Positions 41,201 through 53,800 of a DNA stretch of 64,000 nucleotides are shown in pieces. A program made the translations under genes and the position numbers. Position 1 is the stretch's first letter; the number at the start of each line of letters is the position of its first letter. The notes below the pieces were generated by a model. It was not told the origin of the DNA. It did not search any database and saw nothing but the letters and a program-made list of their open reading frames with translations. Source of the stretch: Auanema rhodensis (lineage: Eukaryota; Animalia; Nematoda); contig OZ059898.1 in the NCBI GenBank assembly GCA_964057225.1, forward strand, positions 17,980,001 to 18,044,000. Direction: 5' to 3'.

Positions 41201-42416
41201 TATGTAACTCGCTTCACGTGAAAGATAAAGAGATGCGGTTTCCAAAATTAGATTTCGCATGTCCATATTAGTCTAAAAACAAATGTTTATTGATATTGGT
41301 GCATGGTAACCATGACTTTGAAATTTACGTGAACTTTAATTTATGCTAATTAAGTGTACACGTGATGTGCACTTGGTATGTAACTCGCTTCACGTGAAAG
41401 ATAAAGAGATGCGGTTTCCAAAATTAGATTTCGCATGTCCATATTAGTCTAAAAACAAATTTTTATTGATATTGGTGCATGGTAACCATGACTTTGAAAT
41501 TTACGTGAACTTCAATTTATGCTAATTAAGTGTACACGTGATGTGCACTTGGTATGTAACTCGCTTCACGTGAAAGATAAAGAGATGCGGTTTTCAAAAT
41601 TAGATTCCCCATGTTTATATTAGTCTAAAAACAAATTTTTATTGATATTGGTGCATGGCAACCATGACTTTAAAATCTACGAGTACTTTAATTTATGCTA
41701 ATTAAGTGTACACATGATGTGCACTTGGTATGTAACTCGCTTCACGTGAAAGATAAAGAGATGCGGTTTTCAAAATTAGATTCCTCATGTCCATATTAGT
41801 CTAAAAACGAATTTTTATTGATATTGATGCATGGTAACCATGACTTTGAAATTTACGTGAACTTTAATTTATGCTTATTAAGTGTACACGTGATGTGCAC
41901 TTGGTATGTAACTCGCTTCACGTGAAAGATAAAGGGATGCGGTTTTCAAAATTAGATTCCCCATGTCCATATTAGTCTAAAAACAAATTTTTGTTGATAT
42001 TGGTGGATGGTAACCATGACTTTGAAATTTACGTGAACTTTAATTTATGCTAATTAAGTGTACACGTGATGTGCACTTGGTATGTAACTCGCTTCACGTG
42101 AAAGATGAAGAGATGCGGTTTTCAAAATTAGGTTCCCCATGTCCATATTAGTCTAAAAACAAATTTTTGTTGATATTGGTGGATGGTAACCATGACTTTC
42201 AAATTTACGTGAACTTTAATTTATGCTAATTAAGTGTACACATGATGTGCACTTGGTATGTAACTCGCTTCACGTGAAAGATAAAGAGATGCGGTTTTCA
42301 AAATTAGATTTCGCATGTCCATATTAGTCTAAAAACAAATTTTTATTGATATTGGTGCATGGTAACCATGACTTTGAAATTTACGTGAACTTTAATTTAT
42401 GCTAATTAAGTGTACA
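5281..42416 (+). repeat. Core sub-domain with a variable higher-order repeat built from about 13 recurrent monomer types
   Basis: Monomer types recur in a stereotyped order. Their markers are CACTCGG, GGTTTCC, GATGAAG+TAGGTT, GTGAAGTG, ATGACC, ATGTTTAT+ATCTACGAGTA and AAGGGATG. No net indel over 241 monomers. Confidence 0.85.
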
Positions 42417-45400
42417 CATGATGTGCACTTGGTATGTAACTCGCTTCACGTCAAAGATAAAGAGATGCGGTTTTCAAAATTAGATTTGGCATGTCCATAT
42501 TAGTCTAAAAACAAATTTTTATTGATATTGGTGGATGGTAACCATGACTTTCAAATTTACGTGAACTTCAATTTATGCTAATTAAGTGTACACGTGATGT
42601 GCACTTAGTATGTAACTCGCTTCGCGTCAACGATAAAGAGATGCGGTTTCCAAAATTAGATTCCCCATGTCCATATTAGTCTAAAAACAAATTTTTATTA
42701 ATATTGGTGCATGGTAACCATGACTTTGAAATTTACGTGAACTTTATTTATGCTAATTGAGTGTACACATGATGTGCACTTGGTATGTAACTCGCTTCAC
42801 GTGAAAGATAAAGAGGTGCGGTTTTCAAAATTAGATTCCGCATGTCCATATTAGTCTAAAAACAAATTTTTATTGATATTGGTGCATGGTAACCATGACT
42901 TTGAAATTTACGTGAACTTTAATTTATGCTAATTAAGTGTACACGTGATGTGCACTTGGTATGTAACTCGCTTCACGTGAAAGATAAAGAGATGCGGTTT
43001 TCAAAATTAGATTCCCCATGTCCATATTAGTCTAAAAACAAATTTTTATTGATATTGATGCATGGTAACCATGACTTTGAAATTTACGTGAACTTTAATT
43101 TATGCTAATTAAGTGTACACGTGATGTGCACTTGGTATGTAACTCGCTTTACGTGAAAGATGAAGAGATGCGGTTTTCAAAATTAGGTTCCCCATGTCCA
43201 TATTAGTCTAAAAACAAATTTTTATTGATATTGGTGCATGGTAACCATGACTTTGAAATTTACGTGAACTTTAATTTATGCTAATTAAGTGTACACGTGA
43301 TGTGCACTTGGTATGTAACTCGCTTCACGTGAAAGATAAAGAGATGCGGTTTCCAAAATTAGATTTCGCATGTCCATATTAGTCTAAAAACAAATTTTTG
43401 TTGATATTTGTGGATGGTAACCATGACTTTGAAATTTACGTGAACTTTAATTTATGCTAATTAAGTGTACACGTGATGTGCACTTGGTATGTAACTCGCT
43501 TTACGTGAAAGATGAAGAGATGCGGTTTTCAAAATTAGGTTCCCCATGTCCATATTAGTCTAAAAACAAATTTTTATTGATATTGGTGCATGGTAACCAT
43601 GACTTTGAAATTTACGTGAACTTTAATTTATGCTAATTAAGTGTACACGTGAAGTGCACTTGGTATGTAACTCGCTTCACGTGAAAGATAAAGAGATGCG
43701 GTTTTCAAAATTAGATTCCCCATGACCATATTAGTCTAAAAACAAATTTTTATTGATATTGGTGCATGGTAACCATGACTTTGAAATTTACGTGAACTTT
43801 AATTTATGCTAATTAAGTGTACACATGATGTGCACTCGGTATGTAACTCGCTTCACGTGAAAGATAAAGAGATGCGGTTTTCAAAATTAGATTCCGCATG
43901 TCCATATTAGTCTAAAAACAAATTTTTATTGATATTGGTGCATGGTAACCATGACTTTGAAATTTACGTGAACTTTAATTTATGCTAATTAAGTGTACAC
44001 GTGATGTGCACTTGGTATGTAACTCGCTTCACGTGAAAGATAAAGAGATGCGGTTTCCAAAATTAGATTTCGCATGTCCATATTAGTCTAAAAACAAATT
44101 TTTGTTGATATTTGTGGATGGTAACCATGACTTTGAAATTTACGTGAACTTTAATTTATGCTAATTAAGTGTACACGTGATGTGCACTTGGTATGTAACT
44201 CGCTTTACGTGAAAGATGAAGAGATGCGGTTTTCAAAATTAGGTTCCCCATGTCCATATTAGTCTAAAAACAAATTTTTATTGATATTGGTGCATGGTAA
44301 CCATGACTTTGAAATTTACGTGAACTTTAATTTATGCTAATTAAGTGTACACGTGAAGTGCACTTGGTATGTAACTCGCTTCACGTGAAAGATAAAGAGA
44401 TGCGGTTTTCAAAATTAGATTCCCCATGACCATATTAGTCTAAAAACAAATTTTTATTGATATTGGTGCATGGTAACCATGACTTTGAAATTTACGTGAA
44501 CTTTAATTTATGCTAATTAAGTGTACACATGATGTGCACTCGGTATGTAACTCGCTTCACGTGAAAGATAAAGAGATGCGGTTTTCAAAATTAGATTCCG
44601 CATGTCCATATTAGTCTAAAAACAAATTTTTATTGATATTGGTGCATGGTAACCATGACTTTGAAATTTACGTGAACTTTAATTTATGCTAATTAAGTGT
44701 ACACGTGATGTGCACTTGGTATGTAACTCGCTTCACGTGAAAGATAAAGAGATGCGGTTTCCAAAATTAGATTTCGCATGTCCATATTAGTCTAAAAACA
44801 AATTTTTATTGATATTGGTGCATGGTAACCATGACTTTGAAATTTACGTGAACTTCAATTTATGCTAATTAAGTGTACACGTGATGTGCACTTGGTATGT
44901 AACTCGCTTCACGTGAAAGATAAAGAGATGCGGTTTCCAAAATTAGATTTCGCATGTCCATATTAGTCTAAAAACAAATGTTTATTGATATTGGTGCATG
45001 GTAACCATGACTTTGAAATTTACGTGAACTTTAATTTATGCTAATTAAGTGTACACGTGATGTGCACTTGGTATGTAACTCGCTTCACGTGAAAGATAAA
45101 GAGATGCGGTTTCCAAAATTAGATTTCGCATGTCCATATTAGTCTAAAAACAAATTTTTATTGATATTGGTGCATGGTAACCATGACTTTGAAATTTACG
45201 TGAACTTCAATTTATGCTAATTAAGTGTACACGTGATGTGCACTTGGTATGTAACTCGCTTCACGTGAAAGATAAAGAGATGCGGTTTTCAAAATTAGAT
45301 TCCCCATGTTTATATTAGTCTAAAAACAAATTTTTATTGATATTGGTGCATGGCAACCATGACTTTAAAATCTACGAGTACTTTAATTTATGCTAATTAA

Positions 45401-47869
45401 GTGTACACATGATGTGCACTTGGTATGTAACTCGCTTCACGTGAAAGATAAAGAGATGCGGTTTTCAAAATTAGATTCCTCATGTCCATATTAGTCTAAA
45501 AACGAATTTTTATTGATATTGATGCATGGTAACCATGACTTTGAAATTTACGTGAACTTTAATTTATGCTTATTAAGTGTACACGTGATGTGCACTTGGT
45601 ATGTAACTCGCTTCACGTGAAAGATAAAGGGATGCGGTTTTCAAAATTAGATTCCCCATGTCCATATTAGTCTAAAAACAAATTTTTGTTGATATTGGTG
45701 GATGGTAACCATGACTTTGAAATTTACGTGAACTTTAATTTATGCTAATTAAGTGTACACGTGATGTGCACTTGGTATGTAACTCGCTTCACGTGAAAGA
45801 TGAAGAGATGCGGTTTTCAAAATTAGGTTCCCCATGTCCATATTAGTCTAAAAACAAATTTTTGTTGATATTGGTGGATGGTAACCATGACTTTCAAATT
45901 TACGTGAACTTTAATTTATGCTAATTAAGTGTACACATGATGTGCACTTGGTATGTAACTCGCTTCACGTGAAAGATAAAGAGATGCGGTTTTCAAAATT
46001 AGATTTCGCATGTCCATATTAGTCTAAAAACAAATTTTTATTGATATTGGTGCATGGTAACCATGACTTTGAAATTTACGTGAACTTTAATTTATGCTAA
46101 TTAAGTGTACACATGATGTGCACTTGGTATGTAACTCGCTTCACGTCAAAGATAAAAAGATGCGGTTTTCAAAATTAGATTTGGCATGTCCATATTAGTC
46201 TAAAAACAAATTTTTATTGATATTGGTGGATGGTAACCATGACTTTCAAATTTACGTGAACTTCAATTTATGCTAATTAAGTGTACACGTGATGTGCACT
46301 TAGTATGTAACTCGCTTCGCGTCAACGATAAAGAGATGCGGTTTCCAAAATTAGATTCCCCATGTCCATATTAGTCTAAAAACAAATTTTTATTAATATT
46401 GGTGCATGGTAACCATGACTTTGAAATTTACGTGAACTTTATTTATGCTAATTGAGTGTACACATGATGTGCACTTGGTATGTAACTCGCTTCACGTGAA
46501 AGATAAAGAGGTGCGGTTTTCAAAATTAGATTCCGCATGTCCATATTAGTCTAAAAACAAATTTTTATTGATATTGGTGCATGGTAACCATGACTTTGAA
46601 ATTTACGTGAACTTTAATTTATGCTAATTAAGTGTACACGTGATGTGCACTTGGTATGTAACTCGCTTCACGTGAAAGATAAAGAGATGCGGTTTTCAAA
46701 ATTAGATTCCCCATGTCCATATTAGTCTAAAAACAAATTTTTATTGATATTGATGCATGGTAACCATGACTTTGAAATTTACGTGAACTTTAATTTATGC
46801 TTATTAAGTGTACACGTGATGTGCACTTGGTATGTAACTCGCTTCACGTGAAAGATAAAGGGATGCGGTTTTCAAAATTAGATTCCCCATGTCCATATTA
46901 GTCTAAAAACAAATTTTTGTTGATATTGGTGGATGGTAACCATGACTTTGAAATTTACGTGAACTTTAATTTATGCTAATTAAGTGTACACGTGATGTGC
47001 ACTTGGTATGTAACTCGCTTCACGTGAAAGATGAAGAGATGCGGTTTTCAAAATTAGGTTCCCCATGTCCATATTAGTCTAAAAACAAATTTTTGTTGAT
47101 ATTGGTGGATGGTAACCATGACTTTCAAATTTACGTGAACTTTAATTTATGCTAATTAAGTGTACACATGATGTGCACTTGGTATGTAACTCGCTTCACG
47201 TGAAAGATAAAGAGATGCGGTTTTCAAAATTGGATTTCGCATGTCCATATTAGTCTAAAAACAAATTTTTATTGATATTGGTGCATGGTAACCATGACTT
47301 TGAAATTTACGTGAACTTTAATTTATGCTAATTAAGTGTACACATGATGTGCACTTGGTATGTAACTCGCTTCACGTCAAAGATAAAGAGATGCGGTTTT
47401 CAAAATTAGATTCCCCATGTCCATATTAGTCTAAAAACAAATTTTTATTGATATTGGTGCATGGTAACCATGACTTTGAAATTTACGTGAACTTTAATTT
47501 ATGCTAATTAAGTGTACACATGATGTGCACTTGGTATGTAACTCGCTTCACGTCAAAGATAAAGAGATGCGGTTTTCAAAATTAGATTTCGCATGTCCAT
47601 ATTAGTCTAAAAACAAATTTTTATTGATATTGGTGGATGGTAACCATGACTTTCAAATTTACGTGAACTTCAATTTATGCTAATTAAGTGTACACGTGAT
47701 GTGCACTTAGTATGTAACTCGCTTCGCGTCAACGATAAAGAGATGCGGTTTCCAAAATTAAATTCCCCATGTCCATATTAGTCTAAAAACAAATTTTTAT
47801 TAATATTGGTGCATGGTAACCATGACTTTGAAATTTACGTGAACTTTATTTATGCTAATTGAGTGTACA
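42417..47869 (+). repeat. Transition zone: core-type monomers interleaved with G36C monomers and three copies of a divergent 175-bp monomer
   Basis: G36C reappears at 42452. The 175-bp monomers start at 42593, 46288 and 47695. Confidence 0.8.
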
Positions 47870-50800
47870 CATGATGTGCACTTGGTATGTAACTCGCTTC
47901 ACGTGAAAGATAAAGAGGTGCGGTTTTCAAAATTAGATTCCGCATGTCCATATTAGTCTAAAAACAAATTTTTATTGATATTGGTGCATGGTAACCATGA
48001 CTTTGAAATTTACGTGAACTTTAATTTATGCTAATTAAGTGTACACGTGATGTGCACTTGGTATGTAACTCGCTTCACGTGAAAGATAAAGAGATGCGGT
48101 TTTCAAAATTAGATTCCCCATGTCCATATTAGTCTAAAAACAAATTTTTATTGATATTGGTGCATGGTAACCATGACTTTGAAATTTACGTGAACTTTAA
48201 TTTATGCTAATTAAGTGTACACATGATGTGCACTTGGTATGTAACTCGCTTCACGAGAAAGATAAAAAGATGAGGTTTTCAAATTTAGATTTCGCGTGTC
48301 CATAATAGTCTAAAAACAAATTTTTATTGATATTGGTGCATGGTAACCATGACTTTGAAGTTTACGTGAACTTTAATTTATGCTAATTAAGTGTACACGT
48401 GAAGTGCACTTGGTATGTAACTCGCTTCACGTGAAAGATAAAGAGATGCGGTTTTCAAAATTAGATTCCCCATGTCCATATTAGTCTAAAAACAAATTTT
48501 TATCGATATTGGTGCATGGTAACCATGACTTTGAAATTTACGTGAACTTTAATTTATGCTAATTAAGTGTACACGTGATGTGCACTTGGTATGTAACTCG
48601 CTTCACGTGAAAGATAAAGAGATGCGGTTTTCAAAATTAGATTCCCCATGTTTATATTAGTCTAAAAACAAATTTTTATTGATATTGGTGCATGGCAACC
48701 ATGACTTTAAAATCTACGTGTACTTTAATTTATGCTAATTAAGTGTACACATGATGTGCACTCGGTATGTAACTCGCTTCACGTGAAAGATAAAGAGATG
48801 CGGTTTTCAAAATTAGATTCTGCATGTCCATATTAGTCTAAAAACAAATTTTTATTGATATTGGTGCATGGTAACCATGACTTTGAAATTTACGTGAACT
48901 TTAATTTATGCTAATTAAGTGTACACGTGATGTGCACTTGGTATGTAACTCGCTTCACGTGAAAGATAAAGAGATGCGGTTTTCAAAATTAGATTTCCCA
49001 TGTTTATATTAGTCTAAAAACAAATTTTTATTGATATTGGTGCATGGCAACCATGACTTTAAAATCTACGTGTACTTTAATTTATGCTAATTAAGTGTAC
49101 ACATGATGTGCACTTGGTATGTAACTCGCTTCACGTGAAAGATAAAGAGATGCGGTTTTCAAAATTAGATTCCCCATGTTTATATTAGTCTAAAAACAAA
49201 TTTTTATTGATATTGGTGCATGGCAACCATGACTTTAAAATCTACGTGTACTTTAATTTATGCTAATTAAGTGTACACATGATGTGCACTTGGTATGTAA
49301 CTCGCTTCACGTGAAAGATAAAGAGATACGGTTTTCAAAATTAGATTCCTCATGTCCATTATAGTCTAAAAACGAATTTTTATTAATATTGATGCATGGT
49401 AACCATGACTTTGAAATTTACGTGAACTTTAATTTATGCTTATTAAGTGTACACATGATGTGCACTTGGTATGTAACTCGCTTCACGTGAAAGATAAAGA
49501 GGTGCGGTTTTCAAAATTAGATTCCGCATGTCCATATTAGTCTAAAAACAAATTTTTATTGATATTGGTGCATGGTAACCATGACTTTGAAATTTACGTG
49601 AACTTTAATTTATGCTAATTAAGTGTACACGTGATGTGCACTTGGTATGTAACTCGCTTCACGTGAAAGATAAAGAGATGCGGTTTTCAAAATTAGATTC
49701 CCCATGTCCATATTAGTCTAAAAACAAATTTTTATTGATATTGGTGCATGGTAACCATGACTTTGAAATTTACGTGAACTTTAATTTATGCTAATTAAGT
49801 GTACACATGATGTGCACTTGGTATGTAACTCGCTTCACGAGAAAGATAAAAAGATGAGGTTTTCAAATTTAGATTTCGCGTGTCCATAATAGTCTAAAAA
49901 CAAATTTTTATTGATATTGGTGCATGGTAACCATGACTTTGAAGTTTACGTGAACTTTAATTTATGCTAATTAAGTGTACACGTGAAGTGCACTTGGTAT
50001 GTAACTCGCTTCACGTGAAAGATAAAGAGATGCGGTTTTCAAAATTAGATTCCCCATGTCCATATTAGTCTAAAAACAAATTTTTATCGATATTGGTGCA
50101 TGGTAACCATGACTTTGAAATTTACGTGAACTTTAATTTATGCTAATTAAGTGTACACGTGATGTGCACTTGGTATGTAACTCGCTTCACGTGAAAGATA
50201 AAGAGATGCGGTTTTCAAAATTAGATTCCCCATGTTTATATTAGTCTAAAAACAAATTTTTATTGATATTGGTGCATGGCAACCATGACTTTAAAATCTA
50301 CGTGTACTTTAATTTATGCTAATTAAGTGTACACATGATGTGCACTCGGTATGTAACTCGCTTCACGTGAAAGATAAAGAGATGCGGTTTTCAAAATTAG
50401 ATTCTGCATGTCCATATTAGTCTAAAAACAAATTTTTATTGATATTGGTGCATGGTAACCATGACTTTGAAATTTACGTGAACTTTAATTTATGCTAATT
50501 AAGTGTACACGTGATGTGCACTTGGTATGTAACTCGCTTCACGTGAAAGATAAAGAGATGCGGTTTTCAAAATTAGATTTCCCATGTTTATATTAGTCTA
50601 AAAACAAATTTTTATTGATATTGGTGCATGGCAACCATGACTTTAAAATCTACGTGTACTTTAATTTATGCTAATTAAGTGTACACATGATGTGCACTTG
50701 GTATGTAACTCGCTTCACGTGAAAGATAAAGAGATGCGGTTTTCAAAATTAGATTCCCCATGTTTATATTAGTCTAAAAACAAATTTTTATTGATATTGG

Positions 50801-53800
50801 TGCATGGCAACCATGACTTTAAAATCTACGTGTACTTTAATTTATGCTAATTAAGTGTACACATGATGTGCACTTGGTATGTAACTCGCTTCACGTGAAA
50901 GATAAAGAGATACGGTTTTCAAAATTAGATTCCTCATGTCCATTATAGTCTAAAAACGAATTTTTATTAATATTGATGCATGGTAACCATGACTTTGAAA
51001 TTTACGTGAACTTTAATTTATGCTTATTAAGTGTACACGTGATGTGCACTTGGTATGTAACTCGCTTCACGTGAAAGATAAAGGGATGCGGTTTTCAAAA
51101 TTAGATTCCCCATGTCCATATTAGTCTAAAAACAAATTTTTATTGATATTGGTGCATGGTAACCATGACTTTGAAATTTACGTGAACTTTAATTTATGCT
51201 AATTAAGTGTACACGTGATGTGCACTTGGTATGTAACTCGCTTCACGTGAAAGATGAAGAGATGCGGTTTTCACAATTAGGTTCCCCATGTCCATATTAG
51301 TCTAAAAACAAATTTTTGTTGATATTGGTGGATGGTAACCATGACTTTGAAATTTACGTGAACTTTAATTTATGCTAATTAAGTGTACACGTGATGTGCA
51401 CTTGGTATGTAACTCGCTTCACGTGAAAGATAAAGAGATGCGGTTTCCAAATTTAGATTTCGCATGTCCATATTAGTCTAAAAACAAATTTTTATTGATA
51501 TTGGTGCATGGTAACCATGACTTTGAAATTTACGTGAACTTTAATTTATGCTAATTAAGTGTACACGTGAAGTGCACTTGGTATGTAACTCGCTTCACGT
51601 GAAAGATAAAGAGATGCGGTTTTCAAAATTAGATTCCCCATGTCCATATTAGTCTAAAAACAAATTTTTATTGATATTGGTGCATGGTAACCATGACTTT
51701 GAAATTTACGTGAACTTTAATTTATGCTAATTAAGTGTACACATGATGTGCACTTGGTATGTAACTCGCTTCACGAGAAAGATAAAAAGATGCGGTTTTC
51801 AAATTTAGATTTCGCGTGTCCATATTAGTCTAAAAACAAATTTTTATTGATATTGGTGCATGGTAACCATGACTTTGAAATTTACGTGAACTTTAATTTA
51901 TGCTAATTAAGTGTACACGTGATGTGCACTTGGTTTGTAACTCGCTTCACGTGAAAGATGAAGAGATGCGGTTTTCACAATTAGGTTCCCCATGTCCATA
52001 TTAGTCTAAAAACAAATTTTTGTTGATATTGGTGGATGGTAACCTTGACTTTGAAATCTACGTGTACTTTAATTTATGCTAATTAAGTGTACACATGATG
52101 TGCACTCGGTATGTAACTCGCTTCACGTGAAAGATAAAGAGATGCGGTTTTCAAAATTAGATTCTGCATGTCCATATTAGTCTAAAAACAAATTTTTATT
52201 GATATTGGTGCATGGTAACCATGACTTTGAAATTTACGTGAACTTTAATTTATGCTAATTAAGTGTACACGTGATGTGCACTTGGTATGTAACTCGCTTC
52301 ACGTGAAAGATAAAGAGATGCGGTTTTCAAAATTAGATTTCCCATGTTTATATTAGTCTAAAAACAAATTTTTATTGATATTGGTGCATGGCAACCATGA
52401 CTTTAAAATCTACGTGTACTTTAATTTATGCTAATTAAGTGTACACATGATGTGCACTTGGTATGTAACTCGCTTCACGTGAAAGATAAAGAGATGCGGT
52501 TTTCAAAATTAGATTCCCCATGTTTATATTAGTCTAAAAACAAATTTTTATTGATATTGGTGCATGGCAACCATGACTTTAAAATCTACGTGTACTTTAA
52601 TTTATGCTAATTAAGTGTACACATGATGTGCACTTGGTATGTAACTCGCTTCACGTGAAAGATAAAGAGATGCGGTTTTCAATATTAGATTCCTCATGTC
52701 CATTATAGTCTAAAAACGAATTTTTATTAATATTGATGCATGGTAACCATGACTTTGAAATTTACGTGAACTTTAATTTATGCTTATTAAGTGTACACGT
52801 GATGTGCACTTGGTATGTAACTCGCTTCACGTGAAAGATAAAGGGATGCGGTTTTCAAAATTAGATTCCCCATGTCCATATTAGTCTAAAAACAAATTTT
52901 TATTGATATTGGTGCATGGTAACCATGACTTTGAAATTTACGTGAACTTTAATTTATGCTAATTAAGTGTACACGTGATGTGCACTTGGTATGTAACTCG
53001 CTTCACGTGAAAGATGAAGAGATGCGGTTTTCACAATTAGGTTCCCCATGTCCATATTAGTCTAAAAACAAATTTTTGTTGATATTGGTGGATGGTAACC
53101 ATGACTTTGAAATTTACGTGAACTTTAATTTATGCTAATTAAGTGTACACGTGATGTGCACTTGGTATGTAACTCGCTTCACGTGAAAGATAAAGAGATG
53201 CGGTTTCCAAATTTAGATTTCGCATGTCCATATTAGTCTAAAAACAAATTTTTATTGATATTGGTGCATGGTAACCATGACTTTGAAATTTACGTGAACT
53301 TTAATTTATGCTAATTAAGTGTACACGTGAAGTGCACTTGGTATGTAACTCGCTTCACGTGAAAGATAAAGAGATGCGGTTTTCAAAATTAGATTCCCCA
53401 TGTCCATATTAGTCTAAAAACAAATTTTTATTGATATTGGTGCATGGTAACCATGACTTTGAAATTTACGTGAACTTTAATTTATGCTAATTAAGTGTAC
53501 ACATGATGTGCACTTGGTATGTAACTCGCTTCACGAGAAAGATAAAAAGATGCGGTTTTCAAATTTAGATTTCGCGTGTCCATATTAGTCTAAAAACAAA
53601 TTTTTATTGATATTGGTGCATGGTAACCATGACTTTGAAATTTACGTGAACTTTAATTTATGCTAATTAAGTGTACACGTGATGTGCACTTGGTTTGTAA
53701 CTCGCTTCACGTGAAAGATGAAGAGATGCGGTTTTCACAATTAGGTTCCCCATGTCCATATTAGTCTAAAAACAAATTTTTGTTGATATTGGTGGATGGT

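Noticed and set aside
5281-42416. Ordered monomer variants as an information-bearing code or cassette system
   Set aside because: The order is adequately explained by nested in-register duplications and deletions. There is no associated recombinase, expression site or other evidence of function.
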